Shown one piece after another: positions 1 to 11,537 of a stretch of 64,000 bases of DNA. The notes beneath the pieces were generated by a model. The model had not been told where the DNA came from, did no database searches, and saw nothing but the letters and a program-made list of their open reading frames with translations. Source of the stretch: an uncultured Sphingomonadaceae bacterium (GTDB taxonomy: Bacteria; Pseudomonadota; Alphaproteobacteria; Sphingomonadales; Sphingomonadaceae); contig CAXTMX010000005.1 of NCBI GenBank assembly GCA_964245585.1, positions 23 to 64,022 on the forward strand, in the 5' to 3' direction. The position numbers and the translations under genes were made by a program. Position 1 is the stretch's first letter, and the number at the start of each line of letters is the position of its first letter.

Positions 1-1536
1 CTGGCCGAGCTCGCTGCGACGGTCGCCGCCGCGCGCGCCGGCGATCATGCCCGCGCGCTGGCTATCGTCCGCACCGATCGCGGACGCCTGCTGATGGACC
101 GGATCCGCGTCGAACAGCAGGTCGCGCGCGATCGGACCCAGATGCATTTCAACGACATCGCCGCGCGCTCGGCCAGCAATGCCCGCTGGCTGATCACCGG
201 TCTCGTCATCGGCCTGCTCGGGGTGCTGGCGGTCGCGGCGATCGCGCTGCGCCAGTACCGGCGCCAGATCGCCGAGGTCGGCGAGGAGCGCGACCGCGCC
301 GCCGGCGCCTATGCGCGCCTGATGGTCGAAAGCAACGCGCGCGAGCAGGCCGAGGAACAGCTGCGCCAGGTCCAGAAGATGGAGGCGGTCGGGCAGCTTA
401 CCGGGGGTATCGCGCATGATTTCAACAATATGCTGGCGATCGTCATCGGCAGCCTCGACATGGCGTCGCGCCGCATCGGCGACACCACGGGCAAGCTCGA
501 GCGCTCGATCGCGACCGCGCGGGAGGGCGCCGAGCGCGCCGCCGCGCTGACCGGGCGGCTGCTCGCTTTCTCGCGCCAGCAGCCGCTTGCGCCCGTTCCG
601 ATCGACGCCAATCGGCTGGTTGCCGGCATGTCCGAGCTGCTGCGCCGCACGTTGGGCGAGCAGATCGCCGTCGAGACCGTGCTCGCCGGCGGCTTGTGGC
701 CGACCTTCGCCGATCCGGGCCAGCTCGAAAACGCGCTGCTCAACCTCGCGGTCAACGCCCGCGACGCGATCCTCGGCGAGGGGCTCGAGGGCGGTCAGCT
801 GACGATCGAGACCGCCAACGCGCATCTCGACGAGGCCTATGCCGCCTCTCGCGGCGAGGTCCGTGCGGGGCAGTATATCATGATCGGCGTCAGCGACACC
901 GGCTCGGGGATGAGCCCGGAGGTCGTCGCCAAGGCGTTCGATCCGTTCTTCACGACCAAGGCGGTCGGCCGCGGCACGGGGCTCGGGCTAAGCCAGGTAT
1001 TCGGCTTCGCCAAGCAATCGGGCGGGCATGTCGCGATCTATTCCGAGGTCGGCGAGGGCACCACGGTCAAGCTCTATCTGCCGCGCGCCAGCGGCAAGGT
1101 CGAGGCGCCGCTGCCGCCGATCACGCCGGACGACCTGCCGAGCGGCCGCGCCGACGAGATCATCCTCGTCGTCGAAGACGAGCAGCGCGTGCGGCATTTC
1201 TCGGTCGATGCGTTGCGCGAGCTCGGCTACACCACCATCTCCGCGCCGGGCGGCGCACAGGCGCTCGAGATCCTCGATCAGCAGCCGACGATCGCCTTGC
1301 TGTTCACCGATATCGTGATGCCCGAGATGAACGGGCGCATATTGTCCGATCTGGCGCGCGCGAAGCGGCCCGATCTCAAGGTGCTCTACACCACGGGCTA
1401 CACGCGCAACGCCGTGGTCCATAACGGCATGCTCGATGCCGGTGTCGCCTTTCTGCCCAAGCCGTTCACGGTCGCCCAGCTCGCGGTCAAGGTCCGCGAC
1501 GTGCTCGACGGCGGCGGGATCAACCGCCCGGCGTAA
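1..1536 (+). CDS. Hybrid sensor histidine kinase/response regulator with CHASE3-like sensor, 5' end outside the window
   Basis: Frame is open from base 1 ([36 protein letters not shown]). It has a TM segment, H-box [18 protein letters not shown] boxes ([27 protein letters not shown]) and a C-terminal receiver ([20 protein letters not shown]). Confidence 0.9.
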   Translation: MAELAATVAAARAGDHARALAIVRTDRGRLLMDRIRVEQQVARDRTQMHFNDIAARSASNARWLITGLVIGLLGVLAVAAIALRQYRRQIAEVGEERDRAAGAYARLMVESNAREQAEEQLRQVQKMEAVGQLTGGIAHDFNNMLAIVIGSLDMASRRIGDTTGKLERSIATAREGAERAAALTGRLLAFSRQQPLAPVPIDANRLVAGMSELLRRTLGEQIAVETVLAGGLWPTFADPGQLENALLNLAVNARDAILGEGLEGGQLTIETANAHLDEAYAASRGEVRAGQYIMIGVSDTGSGMSPEVVAKAFDPFFTTKAVGRGTGLGLSQVFGFAKQSGGHVAIYSEVGEGTTVKLYLPRASGKVEAPLPPITPDDLPSGRADEIILVVEDEQRVRHFSVDALRELGYTTISAPGGAQALEILDQQPTIALLFTDIVMPEMNGRILSDLARAKRPDLKVLYTTGYTRNAVVHNGMLDAGVAFLPKPFTVAQLAVKVRDVLDGGGINRPA

Positions 1537-2458
1537 AGACGCGCCGCTTGCGCAGCCGCAGCGTCGGCCAGTCGCCACGATCGATCCGCCCTGCCGGGCG
1601 CATGCCGTGGCGGCGATAGGCGGCGGTGACCGCACCGGCCTGATGATCGAGCAGCCCGGCGAGGATCAGCGATCCGCCCGGCGCGACCGCCGCCGCGACC
1701 GATGGCGCCAGCGCGATCAGCGGCGCGGCGAGAATGTTGGCGACGACCAGATCGTAAGGCGCGGCCGCCCGGAGCAACGGATGCGCCATGCCCGGCGCGA
1801 TGGCGAGGCCGAGCCGGCCGCGCGTCGCGCCGAGCCGCACGCCGTTCGCCGCGGCATTCTCCGCAGTCACCTCGAGCGACACGGGATCGATGTCGGACGC
1901 GATGACGCGCGCGAGCGGCCACAGCGCGAGCGCGGCGAACGCGAGCAGCCCGGTGCCGGTGCCGAGATCGAGCACGTCATGGAACCGCGCGCCCCGACGC
2001 TTCATCCGATCGAGCATCAGCAGGCAGCCCGTGGTCGTCTCGTGCTGGCCAGTGCCGAACGCGCGGCCGGCCTCGATCCGCAAGGCGATCGCGCCGGGCG
2101 GGACGGCATCCGCGTGCGTCGCGGTATGGACGAAGAAGCGCCCCGCGCGGATCGGCTCCAGCCCGGCCTGCGACAGCGTCAGCCAATCGGCCGGGACGAT
2201 CCGTTCGATCTTCGGTCTGCGCCGTGCGGCGGAACGCGCGAACTGGCGAATGCGGGCAACCAGGTCCGCATCGGGCTCGGCCGCGCAATAGAGATCGAAC
2301 CGCCAGACGTCGGGCCGCGCCGGATCGGGTTCGCTGGCCATCATGACCGGGGGGTCGGTCAGACCGGGAAACGGCTCGTCGAGCAGCGCGAACGCCTCGG
2401 CCTCGACCCGCGTGCAGGGCAGGCTGAGCTTCCAGCCGTCGGTCGCGTCGCTGTCCAT
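1520..2458 (-). CDS. prmA: 50S ribosomal protein L11 methyltransferase
   Basis: AFGTGQHETT, VLDLGTGTGLL (SAM motif I), ASDIDP, VVANILA and LILAGLL motifs. Confidence 0.92.
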   Translation of the reverse strand: MDSDATDGWKLSLPCTRVEAEAFALLDEPFPGLTDPPVMMASEPDPARPDVWRFDLYCAAEPDADLVARIRQFARSAARRRPKIERIVPADWLTLSQAGLEPIRAGRFFVHTATHADAVPPGAIALRIEAGRAFGTGQHETTTGCLLMLDRMKRRGARFHDVLDLGTGTGLLAFAALALWPLARVIASDIDPVSLEVTAENAAANGVRLGATRGRLGLAIAPGMAHPLLRAAAPYDLVVANILAAPLIALAPSVAAAVAPGGSLILAGLLDHQAGAVTAAYRRHGMRPAGRIDRGDWPTLRLRKRRVFTPGG

Positions 2459-2495
2459 CGCGCGGCGTTACGCCGCCCGCAGGCGCAGGAAAAGC

Positions 2496-3878
2496 TCAGG
2501 CGGCGATCTTCGCGACGAAATCGCCGGTGGTCGCCTCGAGCCCGGCGAGCTGGCTGTCGACCTCGCTGAAGCCGGTTTCCAGATCGTCGATCTCGGAGGC
2601 GACATGCTCGGTGTCAGACCGGATCGATGCGATCGTGCCCGACATCGAATCGGCGGCGAGCGCGGTCTCGTCGACCGCGGCGGTGATCATCGTCACCGTC
2701 TGGGCCTGCGCCTCCATCGCGTCGCGGATCCGTTCGGCCGATTGCTGGACCTCGCCGACGGTGTCGCGGATCGAGCCGTTGGCATCGACCGCCTGGCGCG
2801 TCGCCGACTGGATCGCGGCGATCTTCGAGGCGATGTCGTCGGTCGCGCGCGCGGTCTGGCTGGCGAGGCTCTTGACCTCCTGCGCCACCACCGCGAAGCC
2901 GCGGCCGGCATCGCCCGCGCGCGCCGCCTCGATCGTCGCATTGAGCGCGAGCAGGTTGGTCTGGCCGGCGATGTCGCGGATCAGGCCGAGGATCGATTCG
3001 ATCGCCTGGGCATGGCCGCTGAGCGCCTCGGAGACGCCGACCGCCTGGACCGATTGCTGCGCGGCCCGCGTGGCAACCTGCGCCGCCACCTCGACCTCGC
3101 CGCGCGCCTCGTCGATTGCCCGGATCAGGCCGGCGGCGGTCTGCGCCGCCTGACGCATCGCCACCGCCGACTGCTCGGCGGCGGCCGCGACCTCGGATGC
3201 CTTGCCGAGCATGCCGCGCGCCGATGCCGCAGCGGATACCGTCTTGACCCGCAGGTCGCCGGAGCTGTGGATCGTCGATTCGAGAATGCCGACGATGGTC
3301 TGCTTGAACTGGCTGCTCTCGTCGTTGCGTCGCGCCGCGCTCTTGCTACGCTCGAGCATCGCGATCTGCGACATCATGATCTCGATCTCGATCAGGCTCA
3401 GCCGGTGAATGGTATCGGCGATCGCGCGCAGCGCCTCGCGATCGGCATGAAATTTCTCGCGCATGCGGCGCAGCATCGATGCGAGAGCCTCCGACATGCC
3501 ATTGATAATGATCGGCATTGGCACGCCCAGCGAATAAATTTCGCGTGCAGGCTCGGCGACCCGCTCGACCCAGTCGGCGTCGATCGGCATGGTGAACTTC
3601 AGCTTCATGCGGCGGAGCGAATGTTCGACGAAAAGGACGCGGTCGCTCTCGCCCGTCCGGGCCGTGGGATCTAATGCCGACATGTTTCGTCCAAAGAAGT
3701 CGGAAAAAAATTGCTCCGAGGCGGCCATGATGACATCGCCGGCTTGTTCCCAAACGGCGCGAAGCGAGCGCTCGAGACTCCCGTCGCCATTATAGAGCTC
3801 GAGATGCAGGGCGATATCCTCCGCGCTGAGATGCACGTCATTCTCAGGGGGGACACGGGAATTGAGCTTGCCGGTCAC
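2496..3878 (-). CDS. Soluble methyl-accepting chemotaxis protein with globin-like N-terminal sensor
   Basis: MCP hairpin [37 protein letters not shown]. No TM helix is evident. The N-terminal ~190 aa are helical and resemble globin-coupled sensors (inference). Confidence 0.85.
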   Translation of the reverse strand: MTGKLNSRVPPENDVHLSAEDIALHLELYNGDGSLERSLRAVWEQAGDVIMAASEQFFSDFFGRNMSALDPTARTGESDRVLFVEHSLRRMKLKFTMPIDADWVERVAEPAREIYSLGVPMPIIINGMSEALASMLRRMREKFHADREALRAIADTIHRLSLIEIEIMMSQIAMLERSKSAARRNDESSQFKQTIVGILESTIHSSGDLRVKTVSAAASARGMLGKASEVAAAAEQSAVAMRQAAQTAAGLIRAIDEARGEVEVAAQVATRAAQQSVQAVGVSEALSGHAQAIESILGLIRDIAGQTNLLALNATIEAARAGDAGRGFAVVAQEVKSLASQTARATDDIASKIAAIQSATRQAVDANGSIRDTVGEVQQSAERIRDAMEAQAQTVTMITAAVDETALAADSMSGTIASIRSDTEHVASEIDDLETGFSEVDSQLAGLEATTGDFVAKIAA

Positions 3879-4013
3879 CTTTTATCTCCACCACGCATCT
3901 GCGCCGTCTCGGGATAGCGGCCGATGGTAAACAAGAGGTTAGAATCCCCGGCTGCGCTTGCATGGCGCGCCGCTTCGACTAAGACGGCGACGCTTCGACC
4001 GATGGGAGGAATC

Positions 4014-4442
4014 ATGTCGCGCAACCGGGCTCGGCCGCTGTCTCCGCACCTGAGCATATGGCGCTGGGGACCGCACATGCTGGTCTCCATCCTTCATCGC
4101 GCCACCGGCAGCGCGCTCGCGGTCGGCGGCGGTGTGCTGTTCACCTGGTGGCTTGCCGCCGCGGCGAGTGGCGCGGGCGCTTACGCCAGCTTCTATTATT
4201 ATGCAGTCGACGCGGCCGACGGCGCGCCACTTGGCTTCGCCGCCAACGCGCTCACGCGGATCGTCGCGGTCGGGCTGACGTGGAGTTTCTTCCAGCACAT
4301 GCTGTCCGGCATCCGCCATCTCGTGCTCGACACCGGCGCGGGTTACGAGCTCAAGACCAACAAGACCGGCGCGGTCCTGACGATCGTCGGCTCGGTACTG
4401 CTGACCGCGATCGCCTGGATCGCCCTTTTCGTGAGGCACTGA
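4014..4442 (+). CDS. sdhC: Succinate dehydrogenase cytochrome b556 subunit
   Basis: [18 protein letters not shown] and HMLSGIRHL motifs. RBS GGAGGA precedes ATG 4014. Confidence 0.95.
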   Translation: MSRNRARPLSPHLSIWRWGPHMLVSILHRATGSALAVGGGVLFTWWLAAAASGAGAYASFYYYAVDAADGAPLGFAANALTRIVAVGLTWSFFQHMLSGIRHLVLDTGAGYELKTNKTGAVLTIVGSVLLTAIAWIALFVRH

Positions 4443-4828
4443 TGGGAACAGGCACCGGCATCGGCCGCGTCCGCGGGCTCGGCTCCGCCAAGCAGGGCGC
4501 GCATCACTGGTGGCACCAGCGGCTGACCGCGGGCAGCAACCTGCTGCTCGTCCTGTGGTTCGTCGTTTCGCTGTTCCGCTTGCCGTCGTTCGATCACGAG
4601 ACGGTGGTGCAATGGATCTCGGCGCCGGTGGTGGCGGTACCGCTGATCCTGCTGACGATCTCGGTCTTCTATCATCTGCGCCTCGGCCTCCAGGTGGTGA
4701 TCGAGGATTATCAGCACGACGAGACGCGCGTCGTCGCGCTCGTCCTGCTCAATTTCTACGCGATCGGGGCGGGCGCGCTGGCGATCTTCTCGATCCTCAA
4801 GATCGCGTTCGGGGGGACGCCAGCCTGA
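4442..4828 (+). CDS. sdhD: Succinate dehydrogenase hydrophobic membrane anchor
   Basis: [19 protein letters not shown] and [18 protein letters not shown] overlaps with sdhC and sdhA. Confidence 0.95.
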   Translation: MGTGTGIGRVRGLGSAKQGAHHWWHQRLTAGSNLLLVLWFVVSLFRLPSFDHETVVQWISAPVVAVPLILLTISVFYHLRLGLQVVIEDYQHDETRVVALVLLNFYAIGAGALAIFSILKIAFGGTPA

Positions 4829-6615
4829 TGGCCGAAGCTTACAAGATCATCGATCACGTCTACGACGCGGTCGTCGTCGGCGCGGGCGGTTCCGGGCTGC
4901 GCGCGACCATGGGCATCGCCGAGAGCGGGCTCAAGACCGCGTGCATCACCAAGGTGTTCCCGACGCGCAGCCACACCGTCGCCGCGCAAGGGGGGATCGC
5001 CGCGTCGCTCGGCAACATGGGCCCGGATCACTGGACCTGGCACATGTACGACACGGTCAAGGGCTCCGACTGGCTCGGCGACCAGGACGCGATCGAATAT
5101 CTCGTGCGCGAGGCGCCCGCCGCGGTCTACGAGCTCGAGCATGCCGGCGTGCCGTTCAGCCGCACCCAGGACGGCCGCATCTATCAGCGCCCGTTCGGCG
5201 GCATGATGCAGAACATGGGCGAGGGGCCGCCGGCGCAGCGCACCTGCGCCGCCGCCGACCGCACCGGTCACGCCATGCTCCACGCGCTCTACCAGCAGAG
5301 CCTGAAATACGACGCCGACTTCTACATCGAATATTTCGCGCTCGACCTGATCATGGAAGGCGGCGAGTGCCGCGGCGTGATCGCCTTGTGCATGGACGAC
5401 GGCACGATCCACCGCTTCCGCAGCCATGCGACGGTGCTGGCGACCGGCGGCTACGGCAAATGCTATTTCTCGGCCACGTCCGCGCACACCTGCACCGGCG
5501 ACGGCGGGGGCATGGTGCTGCGCGCCGGGCTGCCGCTGCAGGACATGGAATTCGTCCAGTTCCATCCGACCGGCATCTACGGCGCGGGCGTGCTGATCAC
5601 CGAGGGCGCGCGCGGCGAGGGCGGCTACCTCACCAACTCCGAGGGTGAGCGCTTCATGGAGCGCTACGCGCCGAGCGCGAAGGATCTTGCCTCGCGCGAC
5701 GTCGTGTCACGCTCGATGGCGATGGAGATCCGCGAGGGCCGCGGCGTCGGCAAGAACAAGGACCATATCTACCTCCACCTCGATCATATCGATCCCAAGG
5801 TGCTCGCCGAGCGGCTGCCCGGCATCACCGAGACCGGCAAGGTGTTCGCCAACGTCGATCTGACGCGCCAGCCGCTGCCGGTGGTGCCGACGGTGCATTA
5901 CAATATGGGCGGGGTGCCGACCAATTATCACGGCGAGGTGGTGACGCTGAAGGACGGCGATCCCGACGCGGTCGTCCCCGGCCTGTTCGCGGTCGGCGAG
6001 GCGGCGTGCGTCTCGGTCCACGGCGCCAATCGGCTCGGCTCGAACTCGCTGATCGACCTGGTCGTGTTCGGCCGCGCGACCGGCAAGCGCATCGCCGAGA
6101 TCGTCAAGCCCGGCACCGCGCATAAGCCCGCGGTCAAGGCCGCCGACGACTTCGCGCTGGCGCGGCTCGATCGCTTTCGCAACGCCAACGGCGCGTCGTC
6201 GACCGCGGCGATCCGGCTCGACATGCAGCGCACGATGCAGTCCGACTGCGCGGTGTTCCGCACCACCGAGAGCCTGCGCGAGGGGATGGAGAAGATCGAC
6301 CGGGTCCAGGCGCGCATGGCCGACGTCGGCGTCACCGACCGGAGCCTCATCTGGAACACCGACCTGGTCGAGACGCTCGAGCTCGACAACATGCTGCCGC
6401 AGGCGGTGGTGACGATGCACTGCGCCGCCAACCGCCACGAGAGCCGCGGCGCGCATATGCACGAGGACTATCCCGAGCGCCACGACGACGAGTGGATGAA
6501 GCACACCATCGCCTGGGTGAAGCAGAACGCCGTGGTGATCGATTACCGCCCGGTCCACGAATATACGCTGACCGACGACGTGGGGTATATCAAGCCGAAG
6601 GCGCGGGTTTATTGA
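4828..6615 (+). CDS. sdhA: Succinate dehydrogenase flavoprotein subunit
   Basis: [22 protein letters not shown] (FAD-His), QFHPTG and [11 protein letters not shown]; ends KARVY. Confidence 0.98.
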   Translation: MAEAYKIIDHVYDAVVVGAGGSGLRATMGIAESGLKTACITKVFPTRSHTVAAQGGIAASLGNMGPDHWTWHMYDTVKGSDWLGDQDAIEYLVREAPAAVYELEHAGVPFSRTQDGRIYQRPFGGMMQNMGEGPPAQRTCAAADRTGHAMLHALYQQSLKYDADFYIEYFALDLIMEGGECRGVIALCMDDGTIHRFRSHATVLATGGYGKCYFSATSAHTCTGDGGGMVLRAGLPLQDMEFVQFHPTGIYGAGVLITEGARGEGGYLTNSEGERFMERYAPSAKDLASRDVVSRSMAMEIREGRGVGKNKDHIYLHLDHIDPKVLAERLPGITETGKVFANVDLTRQPLPVVPTVHYNMGGVPTNYHGEVVTLKDGDPDAVVPGLFAVGEAACVSVHGANRLGSNSLIDLVVFGRATGKRIAEIVKPGTAHKPAVKAADDFALARLDRFRNANGASSTAAIRLDMQRTMQSDCAVFRTTESLREGMEKIDRVQARMADVGVTDRSLIWNTDLVETLELDNMLPQAVVTMHCAANRHESRGAHMHEDYPERHDDEWMKHTIAWVKQNAVVIDYRPVHEYTLTDDVGYIKPKARVY

Positions 6616-6623
6616 GAGCCGAC

Positions 6624-7412
6624 ATGGTGCTCTCCGTCCAGCCAAGCTGGACTGCGATCGTGCTGGCCGGGCAGCGGCCCGGGCGCGATCCGCTGGCCGA
6701 GGCGTTCAGCGCGCCGCTCAAGGCGCTCATCTCGATTCGCGGGGTAGCGATGGTTCGCCGCGTGGTCGAGACGCTGCTCGCGACGCCGGCGATCGCGCGT
6801 GTCGTCGTGCTGGCGCAGGACGTCGGCGCGATCGGCGCGGCGCTCGCGGTCGACGCGCGGCTGCGTGTGCTTCCGTCGAGCGACGGCATTTCCGCCAGCA
6901 TCGCCGAGGTGGCGGGCGGCGAGGCGGCGCCCTGGCCGGTGCTGGTGACGACCGCCGACCATCCGCTGCTGACGCGCGCGATGATCGAAGGCTTCCTCGC
7001 CGGCGCGGGGGCGCGGGACGTAGCGGTCGGCATGGTCGAGCGCGCGACCTTCGCCGTGCGCTTTCCCGACAATCGGCGGACTTGGCTCCGATTTCGCGGC
7101 GGCGCCTATTCAGGGGCCAACCTATTCGCGCTGCGCACCGCCAAGGCCCAAGGTGCGCTTGCGCTGTGGGCTGGGGCGGAGCGCGACCGCAAGCGGGCGC
7201 TGCGGCTGTTCTGGCATTTCGGGCCGCTGCTCGCGCTGCGCGCGGCGACGCGCACGATCGGGCTCGACCAGGCGCTTCGGCTGGCGGGACGCAAACTCGG
7301 CCTCGATGCGGGCGTGGTCCTGCTCGATCAGCCCGAGGCCGCGATCGACGTCGACAAGCCGGCCGACCATGCGCTCGCCGAGACTTTGCTGGCGCAGCGC
7401 GGCGGGACGTGA
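6624..7412 (+). CDS. MobA-like NTP-transferase family protein
   Basis: AIVLAG...KAL N-terminal motif, [10 protein letters not shown] and DVDKPADH. Confidence 0.75.
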   Translation: MVLSVQPSWTAIVLAGQRPGRDPLAEAFSAPLKALISIRGVAMVRRVVETLLATPAIARVVVLAQDVGAIGAALAVDARLRVLPSSDGISASIAEVAGGEAAPWPVLVTTADHPLLTRAMIEGFLAGAGARDVAVGMVERATFAVRFPDNRRTWLRFRGGAYSGANLFALRTAKAQGALALWAGAERDRKRALRLFWHFGPLLALRAATRTIGLDQALRLAGRKLGLDAGVVLLDQPEAAIDVDKPADHALAETLLAQRGGT

Positions 7413-7479
7413 CGGTTCGAGGTTGAGCCGCCGCGCGCTTGTCGTTATCGCCTCAGCCACCGACCGACGAGGACTGGCG

Positions 7480-8265
7480 ATGGCCGAATTCGCACTGCCC
7501 AAGAACAGCAAGATCAAGCGCGAGGGCAAGGTCCACAAGGCCGATCCCGCGGCAAAGAACGTGCGGCCGTTCAAGATCTATCGCTACGATCCCGATTCGG
7601 GCGAGAATCCGCGCTATGACACGTTCGAGGTCGATCTCGACGAATGCGGGCCGATGGTGCTCGACGCGCTGATCAAGATGAAAAGCGAACAGGATCCGTC
7701 GCTCACCTTCCGCCGCTCGTGCCGCGAGGGCATCTGCGGCTCCTGTTCGATGAACATCGACGGGCGCAACACGCTCGCCTGCACGCATGCGATCGAGGAT
7801 TGCGACAAGCAGGTACGCATCACGCCGCTGCCGCACATGGACGTGATCAAGGATCTCGTCCCCGATTTCACCCATTTCTACGCGCAATATGCCTCGATCC
7901 AGCCGTGGCTGCAGACGGTGACGCCGCCGCCCTCGGGCAAGGAGCGGCTGCAGAGCCCCGAGGACCGCGCCAAGCTCGACGGTCTCTACGAATGCATCCT
8001 GTGCGCCTGCTGCTCGACCGCGTGCCCGAGCTATTGGTGGAACAGCGACAAGTTCCTCGGCCCCGCGATCCTGCTCCAGGCGTATCGCTGGCTCGCCGAC
8101 AGCCGCGACGAGATGACCGGCGAGCGGCTCGACGAGCTCGAGGATCCGTTCCGCCTCTATCGCTGCCACACGATCATGAACTGCTCGAACGTCTGTCCCA
8201 AGGGGCTCAGCCCGGCCAAGGCGATCGCCGAGGTCAAGAAGATGGTGGTCGAGCGCGCGCTCTGA
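7480..8265 (+). CDS. sdhB: Succinate dehydrogenase iron-sulfur subunit
   Basis: [24 protein letters not shown] and [12 protein letters not shown] Fe-S motifs. Confidence 0.98.
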   Translation: MAEFALPKNSKIKREGKVHKADPAAKNVRPFKIYRYDPDSGENPRYDTFEVDLDECGPMVLDALIKMKSEQDPSLTFRRSCREGICGSCSMNIDGRNTLACTHAIEDCDKQVRITPLPHMDVIKDLVPDFTHFYAQYASIQPWLQTVTPPPSGKERLQSPEDRAKLDGLYECILCACCSTACPSYWWNSDKFLGPAILLQAYRWLADSRDEMTGERLDELEDPFRLYRCHTIMNCSNVCPKGLSPAKAIAEVKKMVVERAL

Positions 8266-8278
8266 TTTTTCATAAGGT

Positions 8279-8350
8279 CCGTTCGTCCCGAGCGAAGTCG
8301 AGGGACGTGGTCCGGTTGCAACGTGTCTCGACTTTGCTCGACACGAACGG
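8279..8350. repeat. REP-like palindromic intergenic element
   Basis: CCGTTCGTCCCGAGCGAAGTCGAGGGAC...GTGTCTCGACTTTGCTCGACACGAACGG. The two halves are imperfect reverse complements with CCGTTCG/CGAACGG ends. Confidence 0.8.
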
Positions 8351-9478
8351 GTGAAGGGTATCCAGATCAGCACCCCGCTCGCCCGCTACGACGCGCTCGT
8401 CGCCTCGGGCGAGTTGCGTCCCGATCCCGATCAGCGCGGCGCTGCCCTGCGGCTTGACTGGCTCACCGCCGAGCTGGCGGCGATCCCGGCGCGCGGCAGC
8501 TTGCTGTGGCGGATGTTGCGCAGGGCGCCGGCGAGCCCGCGCGGAGTCTATATTTGGGGCGGGGTCGGGCGCGGCAAATCGATGCTGATGGACCTGTTCT
8601 TCGATTGCGCCGCATTCCATCCCAAGCGCCGCGTCCATTTCCACGAATTCATGATCGAGGTCCACGCGCGCCTGCGCGACGAGCGCGCCAGGGAGCGGGG
8701 CGATCCGATCCCGCCGGTGGCCGAGGCGATCGCGGCGGAGGCCAAGCTGCTCTGCTTCGACGAGATGGTGGTCAACAACAGCGCCGACGCGATGATCCTG
8801 TCGCGGCTGTTCACCGCGCTGGTCGACGGCGGGGTGACGGTGGTCGCGACGTCGAACCGGCCGCCCGCCGATCTCTACAAGGACGGGCTCAACCGCGAGC
8901 ATTTCCTGCCGTTCATCGCGCTGGTCGAGCAGCGCCTCGACGTGCTCGGGCTCAACGGGCCGGTCGATTACCGGCTCGAGCGGCTTGGCGGCGCTGCGAC
9001 CTGGCACGTGCCCAACGGCCCCGAAGCGACCAAGGCGCTGAGCGACGCCTTCTTCCGCCTGACCGACTTCCCGGTCGAGGATCGCGCGCATGTCCCCGCC
9101 GCCGACATCGACGTCGGCGGCGGACGGCTGCTGCACGTGCCCAAGAGCATCAAGGGCGTCGCGGTGTTCTCGTTCAAGCGGCTGTGCGGCGAGGCGCGCG
9201 GCGCGGCCGATTATCTGGCGGTGGCGCGGCGCTACCACACGGTCATCATGGTCGGCGTCCCGCGGATGGGGCCCGAAAACCGCAACGAGGCGGCGCGCTT
9301 CAAGACGCTGATCGACGAGCTGTACGAACATAAGGTCAAGCTGCTCGCCGCCGCCGATGCCGAGCCGGCCGCGCTCTATGCGGCCGGCGACGGCGCGTTC
9401 GAGTTCGAGCGCACGGTCAGCCGGCTGATGGAGATGCAGTCGGCCGAATATCTCGCGCTGGGGCACGGCGAGGAGTGA
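8351..9478 (+). CDS. zapE: AFG1/ZapE family ATPase
   Basis: YIWGGVGRGKS (Walker A), RVHFHEFM, LLCFDEM, TSNRPP, RFKTLIDELYE and RTVSRLMEMQS. Confidence 0.93.
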   Translation: MKGIQISTPLARYDALVASGELRPDPDQRGAALRLDWLTAELAAIPARGSLLWRMLRRAPASPRGVYIWGGVGRGKSMLMDLFFDCAAFHPKRRVHFHEFMIEVHARLRDERARERGDPIPPVAEAIAAEAKLLCFDEMVVNNSADAMILSRLFTALVDGGVTVVATSNRPPADLYKDGLNREHFLPFIALVEQRLDVLGLNGPVDYRLERLGGAATWHVPNGPEATKALSDAFFRLTDFPVEDRAHVPAADIDVGGGRLLHVPKSIKGVAVFSFKRLCGEARGAADYLAVARRYHTVIMVGVPRMGPENRNEAARFKTLIDELYEHKVKLLAAADAEPAALYAAGDGAFEFERTVSRLMEMQSAEYLALGHGEE

Positions 9479-9522
9479 GCAGGTGCAACAAGGCGGTTGT
9501 CCGCAGCGGCGCATCGGTCTAA

Positions 9523-10545
<1,023 letters not shown>

Positions 10546-10586
10546 CTTTTTTTCGTCATACCTTCGCCGGGGAACTGGGAGATAGA

Positions 10587-11471
10587 ATGAGCATCCTCGT
10601 CAACGCGAACACCAAGGTCATCTGCCAGGGCATCACCGGCAGCCAGGGCACGTTCCATTCCGAGCAGGCGATCGCCTACGGGACCAAGATGGTCGGCGGC
10701 GTCACGCCCGGCAAAGGCGGTTCGACGCACATCGGCCTGCCGGTGTTCGACACCGTCGCCGAGGCGATGGAGCGGACCGGCGCCGACGCCAGCGTCGTCT
10801 ACGTCCCGCCGCCGTTCGCCGCGGACTCGATCCTCGAGGCGATCGACGCCGAGGTGCCGCTGATCGTGTGCATCACCGAGGGCATTCCGGTGCTCGACAT
10901 GGTCCGCGTCAAGCGCGCGCTGTCGGGCTCGAAGTCGCGGCTGATCGGGCCGAACTGCCCGGGCGTGCTGACGCCGGGCGAGTGCAAGATCGGAATCATG
11001 CCGGGCAACATCTTCTCCAAGGGCACGGTCGGCGTCGTCTCGCGCTCGGGCACCTTGACCTACGAGGCGGTCCACCAGACCACCGCGGTCGGCCTCGGCC
11101 AGACCAGCGCGGTGGGCATCGGCGGCGATCCGGTCAACGGCACCAACTTCATCGACGTGCTCGAGCTGTATCTCGCCGACGATGCGACCCAGTCGATCAT
11201 CATGATCGGCGAGATCGGCGGCGCCGCCGAGGAGGATGCGGCGCAGTTCCTCCAGGACGAGGCCAAGCGCGGGCGCAAGAAGCCGATGGTCGGCTTCATC
11301 GCCGGCCGCACGGCCCCGCCGGGGCGGCGCATGGGCCATGCCGGCGCGATCGTGTCGGGCGGCAAGGGCGGCGCGGAGGACAAGATCGCGGCGATGGAGG
11401 CCGCCGGGATCAAGGTCGCGGCGAGCCCATCGGAACTCGGCACCACTTTGAAAGATTTGCTAAACGCCTAG
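10587..11471 (+). CDS. sucD: Succinyl-CoA synthetase alpha subunit
   Basis: [33 protein letters not shown] and MGHAGAI. Confidence 0.97.
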   Translation: MSILVNANTKVICQGITGSQGTFHSEQAIAYGTKMVGGVTPGKGGSTHIGLPVFDTVAEAMERTGADASVVYVPPPFAADSILEAIDAEVPLIVCITEGIPVLDMVRVKRALSGSKSRLIGPNCPGVLTPGECKIGIMPGNIFSKGTVGVVSRSGTLTYEAVHQTTAVGLGQTSAVGIGGDPVNGTNFIDVLELYLADDATQSIIMIGEIGGAAEEDAAQFLQDEAKRGRKKPMVGFIAGRTAPPGRRMGHAGAIVSGGKGGAEDKIAAMEAAGIKVAASPSELGTTLKDLLNA

Positions 11472-11537
11472 TTAATAGGTTCGGCTGCAACGATATAGGG
11501 AAAGTGCGCGCCATCGCCGGCGCGCGAGGAACAGCAG

